The notes under the pieces are model-generated. The model searched no databases. It had not been told where the DNA came from and worked only from the letters and a program-made list of their open reading frames with translations. From a virus (lineage: Duplodnaviria > Heunggongvirae > Uroviricota > Caudoviricetes), in the IMG/VR virus record IMGVR_UViG_3300028534_000019, positions 31,091-95,090 of that record: a DNA stretch of 64,000 bases; one strand, given 5' to 3'. Both the position numbers and the translations under genes were made by a program. This document shows, piece by piece, positions 1 to 8,438 of the stretch (the first letter of the stretch is position 1; each line of letters starts with the position of its first letter).

Positions 1-1
1 A

Positions 2-178
2 CCTGAAAATTCTTTTTTTATTTTTCAAATATCACCAACTCAATCAGAATTATTAGAAGTTGGAACATATTTTTTAAGTGTACAAATAACACATAAAAAT
101 GGTGCTGATGAACTAATATTCAGAAAAGAAGTTTTACAAGCAAAACTTAAAATAAAACAACAAGGTGTTCTTCTGTAA
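2..178 (+). CDS. 3' end of an upstream CDS (partial, hypothetical)
   Basis: Frame open from the window edge to TAA at 176-178 (...HKNGADELIFRKEVLQAKLKIKQQGVLL*). No recognisable motif. Confidence 0.4.
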   Translation, partial: PENSFFIFQISPTQSELLEVGTYFLSVQITHKNGADELIFRKEVLQAKLKIKQQGVLL

Positions 179-225
179 CACTTTGTTTCTACAAACAATA
201 AAAAATCTCAAAAATTAAGCAATAC

Positions 226-247
226 ATAAGTATATTTTTACTATAAT
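226..247 (+). promoter_or_regulatory. Promoter candidate (ATAAGT-N10-TATAAT)
   Basis: ATAAGT at 226-231, 10-nt spacer, TATAAT at 242-247. AAAGGAG RBS and the start at 274 follow. Confidence 0.4.
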
Positions 248-273
248 ACACTATCAAAACAAAGGAGCAAAAT

Positions 274-618
274 GTGAATGGTTTATATGGAAGTATATTA
301 CAATCAGAAACATTGAAATATGCTGATAATATAGGTATAGAATATATACAAAAACTCAAAGAAATAGATATACAAACCCCGAAAGGTACAAAAGAAATTA
401 ATGAATACCTAACAAATGAATATTCCAAATTTAAAAAAATTGTTGATAATGATAAAATGATAGCTGAAATGTTGAAAAACACTGCTAAGTCAAGGTTTAT
501 ATTAGACCTTATAGCAAGATTTGCTGAATTTTATGATTTAAGTATTGAAGAATTTATGTATAGAGTTGGAGAACCAACACAAAAATTATTTGCTGAGGCG
601 GCAAACTTATTAGATTAA
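274..618 (+). CDS. Hypothetical protein (GTG start)
   Basis: 114-codon ORF preceded by AAAGGAG. No motif recognised. Confidence 0.55.
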   Translation: MNGLYGSILQSETLKYADNIGIEYIQKLKEIDIQTPKGTKEINEYLTNEYSKFKKIVDNDKMIAEMLKNTAKSRFILDLIARFAEFYDLSIEEFMYRVGEPTQKLFAEAANLLD

Positions 619-640
619 AAAATAAAATATTAGGATTAAA

Positions 641-1129
641 ATGTTTGGGAATTATGTACTAGCACAAGAGTTATTTGAAAAAACAGGTTTTGCTTCAAGC
701 AATATTTCAATGGTAATTAAAGATGATAGAATTGAAGAAGGAAATGATTATCTTAAATTTAAAAGTGTTGTTTTACTCTATAAACATTCATTAAACTTAC
801 CAAAATTTATTACTGAGCCAATGAAAAAATATGAAGATGAATTTACAGATTTAAGTGATTTGATACCTTATATATATTTCACTGAATTAACTGATGAAAA
901 TATAAAATCAATAGAAGATAAATTTGAGATTGTTGAATTAGGTGGTGGTGAAGATATGCGACCTAAGAAATTTGTAAGAATTACAGATGAAACTTTACAT
1001 AATGTTATTTATGATGACAGCAAGATTAAAGTAACAGTTGAAAATTCTGAGATTAAAGAATTAGTTCAAGGAAAATATATTGATGGTTATATACAACTTT
1101 CAAATAGAAAATCTTTAGTTTGGTATTAA
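641..1129 (+). CDS. Hypothetical protein
   Basis: 162-codon ORF, co-directional and tightly spaced after the previous ORF. Confidence 0.6.
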   Translation: MFGNYVLAQELFEKTGFASSNISMVIKDDRIEEGNDYLKFKSVVLLYKHSLNLPKFITEPMKKYEDEFTDLSDLIPYIYFTELTDENIKSIEDKFEIVELGGGEDMRPKKFVRITDETLHNVIYDDSKIKVTVENSEIKELVQGKYIDGYIQLSNRKSLVWY

Positions 1130-1139
1130 AAATAAAAAA

Positions 1140-1161
1140 TTAAGTAATTTTACTATATAAT
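1140..1161 (+). promoter_or_regulatory. Promoter candidate (TTAAGT-N10-TATAAT) upstream of gene 32
   Basis: AAAATTAAGTAATTTTACTATATAAT. The same 26-nt pattern recurs at 13876, 26613, 39378 and 48823. Confidence 0.55.
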
Positions 1162-1177
1162 ACATTTACAAAACAAA

Positions 1178-1214
1178 AAGAAGTAATAAAAAAATATAAA
1201 TATTATTACTTCTT
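1178..1214 (+). promoter_or_regulatory. 11-bp stem hairpin in the gene 32 leader
   Basis: AAGAAGTAATA (1178-1188) is the exact reverse complement of TATTACTTCTT (1204-1214), with a 15-nt loop. Confidence 0.5.
1195..1202 (+). promoter_or_regulatory. T4-type late promoter box TATAAATA (candidate)
   Basis: Exact TATAAATA lies in the loop of the 1178-1214 hairpin upstream of gene 32. This 8-mer is also expected by chance in AT-rich DNA. Confidence 0.3.
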
Positions 1215-1261
1215 TAACATATAATAAAGAGTTATCATTTTATTGATGCTCTTTACAGTAT

Positions 1262-1332
1262 GTTAAATAAGGTGCGATTAAATCGTTGGAAATGTTAGAA
1301 ATTGTTAGATTTCGTTAAATAATTGTTAGAAA
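1262..1332 (+). promoter_or_regulatory. Periodic GTTRRA repeats in the gene 32 5' leader (candidate translational operator)
   Basis: GTTAAA at 1262, GTTGGA at 1285, GTTAGA at 1294 and 1304, GTTAAA at 1314, GTTAGA at 1325. The last five are spaced 9-11 nt apart and end 12 nt before the RBS and ATG at 1345. Confidence 0.45.
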
Positions 1333-1344
1333 AAGGAAAAATAT

Positions 1345-2358
1345 ATGTTAGATTTTAACAGCAACTCATTAGATTGGGATTCACTAGAAAAAAATTTAGG
1401 TGCGGATGTCAAAGACAAACCAAAGAAAAACTACAAAGATGATAGATTGTGGAGATTAGCTCAAGATGAAAATGGAGCAGGTGGAGCAATTATCAGATTA
1501 CTACCAGACCCTGAGGGTAAACCATTCATCAGACTTTACAAACACGCTTTTAGTTCATATGACCCTATTAAGAAAAGACAAAGATGGTATATTGGTACTT
1601 CACCACAAACTATTGAACAACCTTGTCCAGCTAGTGATTTATGGCAGTCTTTAATGGGAATTGGTACAGAAGAAGCAAAACAAGAGGCTAGAAGTTTTAA
1701 TAGAAGTATTAAATATATGTGTAACATCAAAGTTATTAAAGACCCAGCAAACCCACAAAATGAGGGTAAAATTTTCTTATGGGAATTTGGTACAAAACTT
1801 AAAGATAAATTTATGGCGGCTCTCAACCCATCAGAAACAGAAAGACAAATGGGAGAAGAACCAAAACAACTTTTCAATCCATTTACAGGGTGTAATGTAA
1901 AACTCAAAATTAAAAAAGTAGCTGGATTCCCTAACTATGATGAAACTGAAATTATGGGTGTAAGTGCTATTTATGAAAATGGAGATGTTGCCAAAGAAGA
2001 TATTCTTGCTAATGGGCATAAACTTTCAGAGTTCTTAAAACCTGATGCTTTTGATTCATATGAAGAACTTAAAGGTAAACTTAAATATGTTCTTGAAACA
2101 TATAAACCTAAACATCTTGATGAAGTTGTTTTTAGAAATGCTGTTGCACCTCTTATTAGTGGAACTAGTGGAACTAATGAGGAAGCACCAAAAACAGAAA
2201 GTGTTAAAGAAAATGTTGTTGATAGTGTAGATGTATCTCAAACTGAAACACCTGCTAATGATGTTCAAGAAACACCAAAAGTAGAAACAAAACAAGATAC
2301 AACCCAATCAGCACCATCAGCACAAAGTGATGATTTATCATTCTTAGAAGACCTTTAG
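1345..2358 (+). CDS. 32: T4 gp32-like single-stranded DNA-binding protein
   Basis: Blocks match my memory of T4 gp32: GAGGAIIRLLP, NIKVIKDPANPQNEGKIFLWEFG, KIKKVAGFPNYDETE, and an acidic Ser/Asp tail ending DDLSFLEDL. Confidence 0.9.
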   Translation: MLDFNSNSLDWDSLEKNLGADVKDKPKKNYKDDRLWRLAQDENGAGGAIIRLLPDPEGKPFIRLYKHAFSSYDPIKKRQRWYIGTSPQTIEQPCPASDLWQSLMGIGTEEAKQEARSFNRSIKYMCNIKVIKDPANPQNEGKIFLWEFGTKLKDKFMAALNPSETERQMGEEPKQLFNPFTGCNVKLKIKKVAGFPNYDETEIMGVSAIYENGDVAKEDILANGHKLSEFLKPDAFDSYEELKGKLKYVLETYKPKHLDEVVFRNAVAPLISGTSGTNEEAPKTESVKENVVDSVDVSQTETPANDVQETPKVETKQDTTQSAPSAQSDDLSFLEDL

Positions 2359-2368
2359 TCTTCTAAGA
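2342..2368 (+). terminator. Hairpin spanning the gene 32 stop codon (terminator or stability element)
   Basis: TCTTAGAAGAC (2342-2352) and GTCTTCTAAGA (2358-2368) are perfect complements with a 5-nt loop, followed by TTT. There is no long U-tract. Confidence 0.45.
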
Positions 2369-2381
2369 TTTGGATTGTAAA

Positions 2382-3512
2382 ATGAAACATAATTCTATAA
2401 TAGTAATAGATTTTTCTCATTTATCAAGTAGAATGTTATATGTTGCTGTATCACAAGCACATCCAAAAAAGAAAAATGGTAAATTTATTACTTCTGATTT
2501 TGTGAAATATTATAAACATTTGATATTTAATTCTTTACAATCAGTAAATACTAAGTTTAAAGGTGATATAATTATTGCTATGGATGGCAGAGATAATTGG
2601 AGAAAGAAATTTTATCCATTATATAAAGCACATAGGGCAAAAGATAGAGATAAATCTGAAATAAATTTTGCTGAATATTATGAAGAACTTGATAAGGTAG
2701 CAAATGCTTTAGAAAATTATTTCCCTTATAAAGTTATTAAAGTAGATGAAGCAGAAGCAGATGATATTGCTGGGGTTATAAGTAATACTTATGGTAATGA
2801 AATGAATATAACTTTAGTTACATCAGACCACGATTGGCAACAAGTACAAGCAGAAAATGATTTAATTACATTTTTTGACCCAATTAAAAGACTTGAAATA
2901 GAAATATCAGCAGATATGCAGGAAATTATTGATACACCTGAGGGTAAAATGTCAAGATTTACAGTAATTCATACCTTATTAGGTGATGATGGGGATAATG
3001 TACCGGGTGTTGTTAAATATACTGAATTTTCAGATAGTTTTATTTCTTTCTTAAAAGAAAATGGTATATATGATGTATCAGTTAAGAATTTTCATAAACT
3101 GAGTATGGCAGATGAACTACTTCAAAAATTTGATGTTTATAAAGTAGTTAAATCAGGGAAGAAAAAAGGGCAATTTTCAGATATTAAAGATATTTACAAA
3201 ACAAAAGCATTCGGAAAAGTTAAGGCTGAAAAAGTTTCACAAAATTCTGAAACACTTAATAAGTTTTTAGATTCTGATGAAATGTATAGAGATAATTTTA
3301 AAAGAAATGCTGTTTTAGTTGATTTCAATAAAATTCCAAAATTTGTAGAAGAAAAAATACTACAAGAATATAAAACAAAAAATAATCTTGCTAAAAATAA
3401 CAAGATATTAGAATATTTTATAAATGAAGGTTTGGGTGAGATGGTTCAAAAAGTTCATCTTTTTTATGGTGACTCAGATGAATCATCACTTGATGATTTT
3501 TTAGAATGGTAG
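2382..3512 (+). CDS. rnh: RNase H / FEN-type 5'-3' exonuclease (T4 rnh-like)
   Basis: Motifs IVIDFSHL, DGRDNWRKKFYPLYKAHR, EADDIAG, LVTSDHDWQQ and LLGDDGDNVPGV. The ATG at 2382 is preferred over the TTG at 2370. The C-terminus is SLDDFLEW. Confidence 0.8.
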   Translation: MKHNSIIVIDFSHLSSRMLYVAVSQAHPKKKNGKFITSDFVKYYKHLIFNSLQSVNTKFKGDIIIAMDGRDNWRKKFYPLYKAHRAKDRDKSEINFAEYYEELDKVANALENYFPYKVIKVDEAEADDIAGVISNTYGNEMNITLVTSDHDWQQVQAENDLITFFDPIKRLEIEISADMQEIIDTPEGKMSRFTVIHTLLGDDGDNVPGVVKYTEFSDSFISFLKENGIYDVSVKNFHKLSMADELLQKFDVYKVVKSGKKKGQFSDIKDIYKTKAFGKVKAEKVSQNSETLNKFLDSDEMYRDNFKRNAVLVDFNKIPKFVEEKILQEYKTKNNLAKNNKILEYFINEGLGEMVQKVHLFYGDSDESSLDDFLEW

Positions 3513-3516
3513 TTTA

Positions 3517-3786
3517 TTATTCTGAAAAAACAAATTTTACAAAGGAATATTGTTTCCATATTTCACTTTTTTGAAGTGTTGTATTAATAAATGCTTCAAG
3601 TCTATCAGGATATTTATAAGAATTTATTCTTTTTATATTATGTTCTGATAGTTCTTTACTTGGTATTATTTTTTTATCCCCTAAAATTGCTAGACTATTT
3701 GATAAAATATAGTTTGCTTCTTCATTAGAATTTCTTTCAAGTAAAGTTTTATATATGTTATTGATGTTTTCATTAGAAAAAATCAT
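3517..3786 (-). CDS. Hypothetical protein (lone minus-strand gene)
   Basis: 89-codon ORF that does not overlap its neighbours. An AGGAA-type RBS precedes the ATG on the minus strand. Confidence 0.5.
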   Translation of the reverse strand: MIFSNENINNIYKTLLERNSNEEANYILSNSLAILGDKKIIPSKELSEHNIKRINSYKYPDRLEAFINTTLQKSEIWKQYSFVKFVFSE

Positions 3787-3826
3787 ATTACATTCCTTAT
3801 TTTAAAAATATTTATAAAGGTTATTT

Positions 3827-4873
3827 ATGGCTATTATAGAACCATTAGAACAAAAATACTTCTTACTAGAAACCTCATCTAAAGACATAGGATACATTAA
3901 AAGTGATGATATATCTAAATCTTGTGATATATGTAATGAGGGTTCATCTTATGGTAGAAAACACCGACTTCATTTATACACTAAACCTACATATGATACA
4001 CCATCAATAGCGTGTTTTAATTGTGGTTATAAAGGTAATATGTATAGTTATCTTAGAGATTACCATCCTACTTTATTTGACCAATATAAAAAAGAAAAAA
4101 TGGGTAGTACCTTTAAAGAGTTAAAATTATCAAAAAATAAAAATAAAAACTCTAATAATGAAACAACAGAAGATATAAATTTAGATAATATTTTTAGTTC
4201 ACACAAAACAAAACACACACCAATATTAGGCGATTTACCAAAAAGTTTTAAGCCTTTATTAGAATTTGAAGAACCTATAAAATACTTAAAGAATAGAAAA
4301 ATAGAAAACTATGATAGATGGTATTTTTCACCAAAAGATAATAATATTGTATTTAATGGTGCTGAGGTAAGATTAAGTGAATATATTATTATACCATTCT
4401 ATAAAGAAGATAAAATATATGGTTTTCAAGCATTATCATACAAACAAAAAAGATTTTTTGTATTTTTATTAAAAGGTAATGATAGTTGGAAAGTTGAAAA
4501 TTGGTTTAATATAGATAGAGAGAAAAATATATATGTTTTTGAATCTGTTTATGATAGACTTTCATCAGGTTTAGATAATACTATTTCCCAAATGGGTGCT
4601 AGTTTATCAGTTGAAAGAATAGAAGAATTAAATAAAAATAAGCTAGTTTTTTGTTTGGATAATCAAAATATTGATGAAGCATCACAAAGAGAGTCTTTAA
4701 AATATGCTGAGAAAGGTTATAATGTTTTTATTTGGCCGACTAAGATACCAAAAAAATTTAAAGATACAAATGATTTACTAAAGGGTGGTGTACCAAAAGA
4801 AAAGATTAAAGAGATTATTGAAAATAATACCTTTAGTGGTACAGAAGCAATTTTGAGATTAAAAATGATATAA
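3827..4873 (+). CDS. 61: DNA primase (T4 gp61-like; zinc ribbon plus TOPRIM)
   Basis: CDICNEGSSYGRKHRLHLY...CFNCGYKGNMYSYLRDYHPTLFDQY parallels the T4 gp61 zinc-ribbon region as I recall it. The C-terminal part has acidic TOPRIM-like stretches (VFESVYD, CLDNQNIDEA). Confidence 0.8.
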   Translation: MAIIEPLEQKYFLLETSSKDIGYIKSDDISKSCDICNEGSSYGRKHRLHLYTKPTYDTPSIACFNCGYKGNMYSYLRDYHPTLFDQYKKEKMGSTFKELKLSKNKNKNSNNETTEDINLDNIFSSHKTKHTPILGDLPKSFKPLLEFEEPIKYLKNRKIENYDRWYFSPKDNNIVFNGAEVRLSEYIIIPFYKEDKIYGFQALSYKQKRFFVFLLKGNDSWKVENWFNIDREKNIYVFESVYDRLSSGLDNTISQMGASLSVERIEELNKNKLVFCLDNQNIDEASQRESLKYAEKGYNVFIWPTKIPKKFKDTNDLLKGGVPKEKIKEIIENNTFSGTEAILRLKMI

Positions 4874-4883
4874 AGGAATAATA

Positions 4884-5633
4884 ATGTATATACCAAGAAG
4901 AGAATTTGATGATGAACCAAAAATAATTATTTTTAGTGGTGCTGGATTGGATGCCCCATCAGGATTAAAAACTTTTAGGGGTTCTGATGGTTTATGGGAT
5001 AGCCACAAAATACAAGATATTTGTACTGAAAGTACTTGGAAACAAAATTTTGAAGAAGTTCATAATTTTTATAATGGTTTAAGAAATAAATTAGAAAAAG
5101 CACAACCAAATAAAGCACATTTAAAAATAAAAGAATTATATGAAAAGTACCCTGATAGTGTTCTAAATATTACAATGAATATATCAGACTTTTTTGAAAG
5201 GTTAGAAGTTCCAGTTCTTCATATTCACGGAGAACTTAAAAAAATGGAATGTTATGCTTGTGGTACTAAATGGGATATTGGGTATAAGCAGTGGGATATT
5301 GAAAAAGATAGGTGTCCTAAATGCAATAGTAGAAAAGGTGTGAAACCATCTATTGTATTTTTTGGTGGTCAAGCACCTATGTATAGCTACTTGTGGCGTG
5401 CTTTTGAGCATACTATGAATAAAGATACTATTGTGATTGTTATTGGTACTCAGGGTAATGTAGTGAATGTAGAAGAGAATTTAATAGGTACTCCTTGTAA
5501 GAAAATTCTTTGTAATATGGAAGCATCAGCAGATATTAATGTAAAAAAATGTGGTTTTGATAAGGTGTACTATGAAAGTATAGAAACAGCAATAGACAAA
5601 ATTATGGATGATATTGAAGAATGGAAAAAATAA
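4884..5633 (+). CDS. Sir2-family NAD-dependent deacylase (CobB-like sirtuin)
   Basis: FSGAGLDAPSGLKTFRG (GAGxS...FR), VLHIHG (catalytic His), Zn site CYAC...CPKC, and PSIVFFGG. Confidence 0.8.
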   Translation: MYIPRREFDDEPKIIIFSGAGLDAPSGLKTFRGSDGLWDSHKIQDICTESTWKQNFEEVHNFYNGLRNKLEKAQPNKAHLKIKELYEKYPDSVLNITMNISDFFERLEVPVLHIHGELKKMECYACGTKWDIGYKQWDIEKDRCPKCNSRKGVKPSIVFFGGQAPMYSYLWRAFEHTMNKDTIVIVIGTQGNVVNVEENLIGTPCKKILCNMEASADINVKKCGFDKVYYESIETAIDKIMDDIEEWKK

Positions 5634-6088
5634 AAATATTCACAAGTTACTATTCTAATATTAACAAAATCAGAGAGAATTATCCTGATTTTGTTTTAAT
5701 TTCAATTAGTGGTGGTTTGGAAAATAATATTATAACTTTAATAGATGATTGGGATAAAAGGTTAGCACCTAAAAAAGATTTCTTCTTAGAGTATAAAAAT
5801 TCAAAAGAAGGTTTACCACGAGAGATTAAATATGTAAAAGAATTTAATGATAAAGTTCTATATAAAGATAAAATAAAAATAATTATAAACTCTTGGTTAG
5901 AAAAATATCCAAACAAAACTATTGTAATGCTTTGTTATGAACATCCTAAAGATTTTTGTCATAGACAAATAGTAGCTAAAGAAATTGAAACTGTTTTTAA
6001 TGTTGATGTAAAAGAATTATTTTTTGAAAATTATGAAAGAATAGATTATAAAATGTTTCCTAAAGGCTTAGATGAAGATGAATGGTAA
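5621..6088 (+). CDS. DUF488-like protein
   Basis: VMLCYEHPKDFCHRQIVAKEI resembles the DUF488 C(x)E...CHR signature. Overlaps the Sir2 gene by 13 nt. Confidence 0.5.
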   Translation: MEKIKIFTSYYSNINKIRENYPDFVLISISGGLENNIITLIDDWDKRLAPKKDFFLEYKNSKEGLPREIKYVKEFNDKVLYKDKIKIIINSWLEKYPNKTIVMLCYEHPKDFCHRQIVAKEIETVFNVDVKELFFENYERIDYKMFPKGLDEDEW

Positions 6089-6165
6089 TTATTAATTTTT
6101 TATTTAATATTGTTTTAATCTAAATCATATTATAATTTCATCATATTTAAGGAAAAGGCTATAAT

Positions 6166-6639
6166 ATGAAAAAAGAATTAAAAATAGATATATTAGATAA
6201 TCTACAAAGAAATAGTGTTTGTGTTATTTTTAAACCAAGTGATAGTGTTTCACATATACTTATTTTGGAAGAATTAGTAAATAGAGTAGTATCAAGTGAA
6301 GTGATATTAAAAAGAGATACACTTGAGTATCTTAGAGATTCAGAAATAGAAATATATCCATTAGTTTATATGTCAAAAAATGATTTTGATGAATTACCTC
6401 AAAATGTCAAAGCAAGAGTTAGTTGTGTTGATGGTGAGATGTTATTTGAAAGTGTAGAAGATGATAGACAATTATCTAAAACAACCTTTTCTATACAAAT
6501 AGAAGATAAAGAATATACAAAAGATGAACTTTTAAAAGAAGTTGTTATGAGAATGAGTAATTTAGAAGATGGTACTTATGCTAGTACACCTGATGATTAT
6601 GATGACTTTTATAGTTCTTACAGTTTTAAAAAGATTTAA
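6166..6639 (+). CDS. Hypothetical acidic protein
   Basis: 157-codon ORF with AAGGAAAAGG upstream. Confidence 0.6.
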   Translation: MKKELKIDILDNLQRNSVCVIFKPSDSVSHILILEELVNRVVSSEVILKRDTLEYLRDSEIEIYPLVYMSKNDFDELPQNVKARVSCVDGEMLFESVEDDRQLSKTTFSIQIEDKEYTKDELLKEVVMRMSNLEDGTYASTPDDYDDFYSSYSFKKI

Positions 6640-6640
6640 T

Positions 6641-6708
6641 TTTTAAGTTTCATTTAAGTTTAATATGTTATAATTTTACATATCAAAAGACAAAAAGGAT
6701 TTAAAATG
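6641..6708 (+). repeat. 68-bp promoter/leader cassette, copy A (67/68 identical to 36837-36904)
   Basis: TTTTAAGTTTCATTTAAGTTTAATATGTTATAATTTTACATATCAAAAGACAAAAAGGATTTAAAATG. Contains TTAAGT (6654), TGT-TATAAT (6666-6674), an RBS and the ATG. Confidence 0.85.
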
Positions 6709-6954
6709 TCACAAATTAATTTCAAAAAAGTTTCTTACTATGTAGTTTCAATTATGGTATTATTTTCTTTAATAGCAATATTATCAAAACCATCACAAAT
6801 TGAGATAGATGTAAAATCAGGTACTAAAACTCTAACTTGTGAATTTGCTGATGGATGGAGAGAAATAGAACCTGAAAAAGTTGTTGGGTTTAATGATGAA
6901 AATGGATATTGGACTTTTACAAATGGTTATGCTAAAAATTGTGAGGTTAGATAG
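6706..6954 (+). CDS. Small membrane-anchored protein
   Basis: N-terminal hydrophobic helix YYVVSIMVLFSLIAILS. Confidence 0.6.
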   Translation: MSQINFKKVSYYVVSIMVLFSLIAILSKPSQIEIDVKSGTKTLTCEFADGWREIEPEKVVGFNDENGYWTFTNGYAKNCEVR

Positions 6955-7157
6955 TGTTTGTTGATAAAATTTTAGAAAATGGTGTAGAGTGTGTTTTTAT
7001 TACACACTCCAACAAAATAAGAAAGGCATATAGATATAAAAATATTATTTGGAAAATATATGCTAGTGGTGGTTATTCTGAAGTTTTTGAAAGTGAAATT
7101 CAATTCTCAGGAACAAGAGAAGAAGCAAAACAGAAATATCCTGAATTATTTTTTTAA
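6954..7157 (+). CDS. Hypothetical protein with C-terminal YPELFF motif
   Basis: GTG start overlaps the previous stop. Ends ...EEAKQKYPELFF*. Confidence 0.55.
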   Translation: MFVDKILENGVECVFITHSNKIRKAYRYKNIIWKIYASGGYSEVFESEIQFSGTREEAKQKYPELFF

Positions 7158-7166
7158 AGGTTAGAT

Positions 7167-7463
7167 ATGGATTTAGATAAAATAAGATTAATAGAAACAA
7201 ATAGTGCTTTAGGTTATATGGAAGTAGCATACCTAATACAAATAAATGAAAAAGAAATGCTTTGTGTGTATTCAAATGAAGAAGGATATGTAGGTGACCA
7301 TTCTTGGGTGGTTGGTGAAGTGTATGATATGTTTGAATATGAGAGTGATTATGATGAAGTAATTAATGATAAGAAAGAAATGGTATTAAAAGATTCTCCT
7401 CTATATGGTGATTTTTTATTTGACTTTTTCTTAAAACATCTAATTAAGAATAAACTATGTTAG
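7167..7463 (+). CDS. Hypothetical protein
   Basis: 98-codon ORF in the operon. Confidence 0.55.
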   Translation: MDLDKIRLIETNSALGYMEVAYLIQINEKEMLCVYSNEEGYVGDHSWVVGEVYDMFEYESDYDEVINDKKEMVLKDSPLYGDFLFDFFLKHLIKNKLC

Positions 7464-8191
7464 ACTATATATCTATATTAGCTGGTGGTTCTTGTAAATT
7501 TAATTGTGAATTTTGTGTTGGTAATTCTATAAGAGAAAATATCACACCTCATTATAGTTCAAAAATCAAAGGTTTTTTAGAATGTTATGCTGATAGAACA
7601 CAATTACTTTCAGTTTCAGGTGATACTTCAGACCCATCATTAATAAGTGAAACAATATTTATTCCTGTTGAAGCAAAAGAGTATAATAAAGATATAAAAG
7701 TTAGCATACATACAAGGGATATATATTTTACTGAAAAAGCAATGGATTATGGTTATGATAAAATTGTTTTAAGTATTGATGAAACACTTTCAGAAAATGA
7801 TTATCAAACCTTAGTAAATTATTATTACCACTATGGTTATAATATTAGATTAAGTTTTGTTTTAACATCATCTAATTTTTGGATTATTGATGAATGGAAA
7901 AAAGATTTTCCAGCATTATTTGATATGGAATTAACAATAAGACCTGATGTATTTGAAAAAGATGAGGTTTTTAGAAAACATATTTTTTTAGAAACATTTC
8001 TTGGTATAGATGGAGATTGGCAAAATATAGAGCAATATAAAAATGAATATGGTGCTATTGTTTTAGAAAAGTACCCTAATGTTTGGTATTGGGATTATAA
8101 TGTTACTAATAAAAATCTTGATGTTTTATATCTTTTTAGTAATGGTGACATAAAAAATAATTGTAAGTGGGAAAATTTATATGAAAATTAG
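7457..8191 (+). CDS. Radical SAM superfamily protein
   Basis: CKFNCEFC gives the CxxxCxxC cluster near the N-terminus (ILAGGSCKFNCEFCVG), and LLSVSGDTSDPSL resembles the SAM-binding GGE-type strand. The subfamily is not assignable. Confidence 0.65.
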   Translation: MLDYISILAGGSCKFNCEFCVGNSIRENITPHYSSKIKGFLECYADRTQLLSVSGDTSDPSLISETIFIPVEAKEYNKDIKVSIHTRDIYFTEKAMDYGYDKIVLSIDETLSENDYQTLVNYYYHYGYNIRLSFVLTSSNFWIIDEWKKDFPALFDMELTIRPDVFEKDEVFRKHIFLETFLGIDGDWQNIEQYKNEYGAIVLEKYPNVWYWDYNVTNKNLDVLYLFSNGDIKNNCKWENLYEN

Positions 8192-8423
8192 ATTAATAGA
8201 TTATAAAGAAGAAAGTTTTGATTTTCCTTACCCACCAAATTATGGTATGGATTTAGCAAAAATAAAAATAATGGGTAGTACTTTAGATATAGATAAGAAA
8301 CTATCTAAACATCTTGCTGAGTATAATTATTTTATGTATAAGGGTATGAAGATATTTTTTGAAGATTTAAACAATGACTCAAAAAAGAAAATGTATTCAG
8401 AATACCCTGAATATTACTTTTAG
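8181..8423 (+). CDS. Hypothetical protein with C-terminal YPEYYF motif
   Basis: Ends ...KKMYSEYPEYYF*. Confidence 0.55.
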   Translation: MKIRLIDYKEESFDFPYPPNYGMDLAKIKIMGSTLDIDKKLSKHLAEYNYFMYKGMKIFFEDLNNDSKKKMYSEYPEYYF

Positions 8424-8438
8424 TGATTAGGGGATTAT

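Noticed and set aside
189-482. Antisense and alternative-frame ORFs in the supplied track. Examples: 189-482 (-), 1466-1654, 1536-1907 (-), 1661-1900, 1831-2019 (-), 2045-2230, 2056-2307 (-), 3194-3403 (-), 4717-4920 (-), 5202-5411 (-), 5680-5916 (-), 7063-7275 (-), 8332-8520 (-), 8570-8782 (-), 13407-13589 (-), 15496-15741 (-), 15812-16000 (-), 16916-17098 (-), 20465-20791 (-), 20689-20880, 20861-21085 (-), 27635-27838 (-), 27642-27845, 28403-28633 (-), 30201-30434 (-), 32108-32341 (-), 32575-32772 (-), 35660-35878 (-), 41334-41546 (-), 42169-42423 (-), 42420-42680 (-), 44297-44593 (-), 50739-51005 (-), 59251-59442 (-).
   Set aside because: Each lies inside or opposite a longer ORF with recognisable homology or clear operon context. 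Their translations are low-complexity F/I/L/S/K-rich, typical of the wrong frame of AT-rich coding DNA, and they lack RBS-like sequences.
2370-3512. RNase H C-terminus SLDDFLEW (and the gp32 tail DDLSFLEDL) as sliding-clamp or partner-binding peptides related to the YPE motif family.
   Set aside because: They are acidic-aromatic tails of the kind known for T4 replication proteins, but they do not share the YPE core. No clamp gene is in the window to support an interaction, so this was not raised as a finding.
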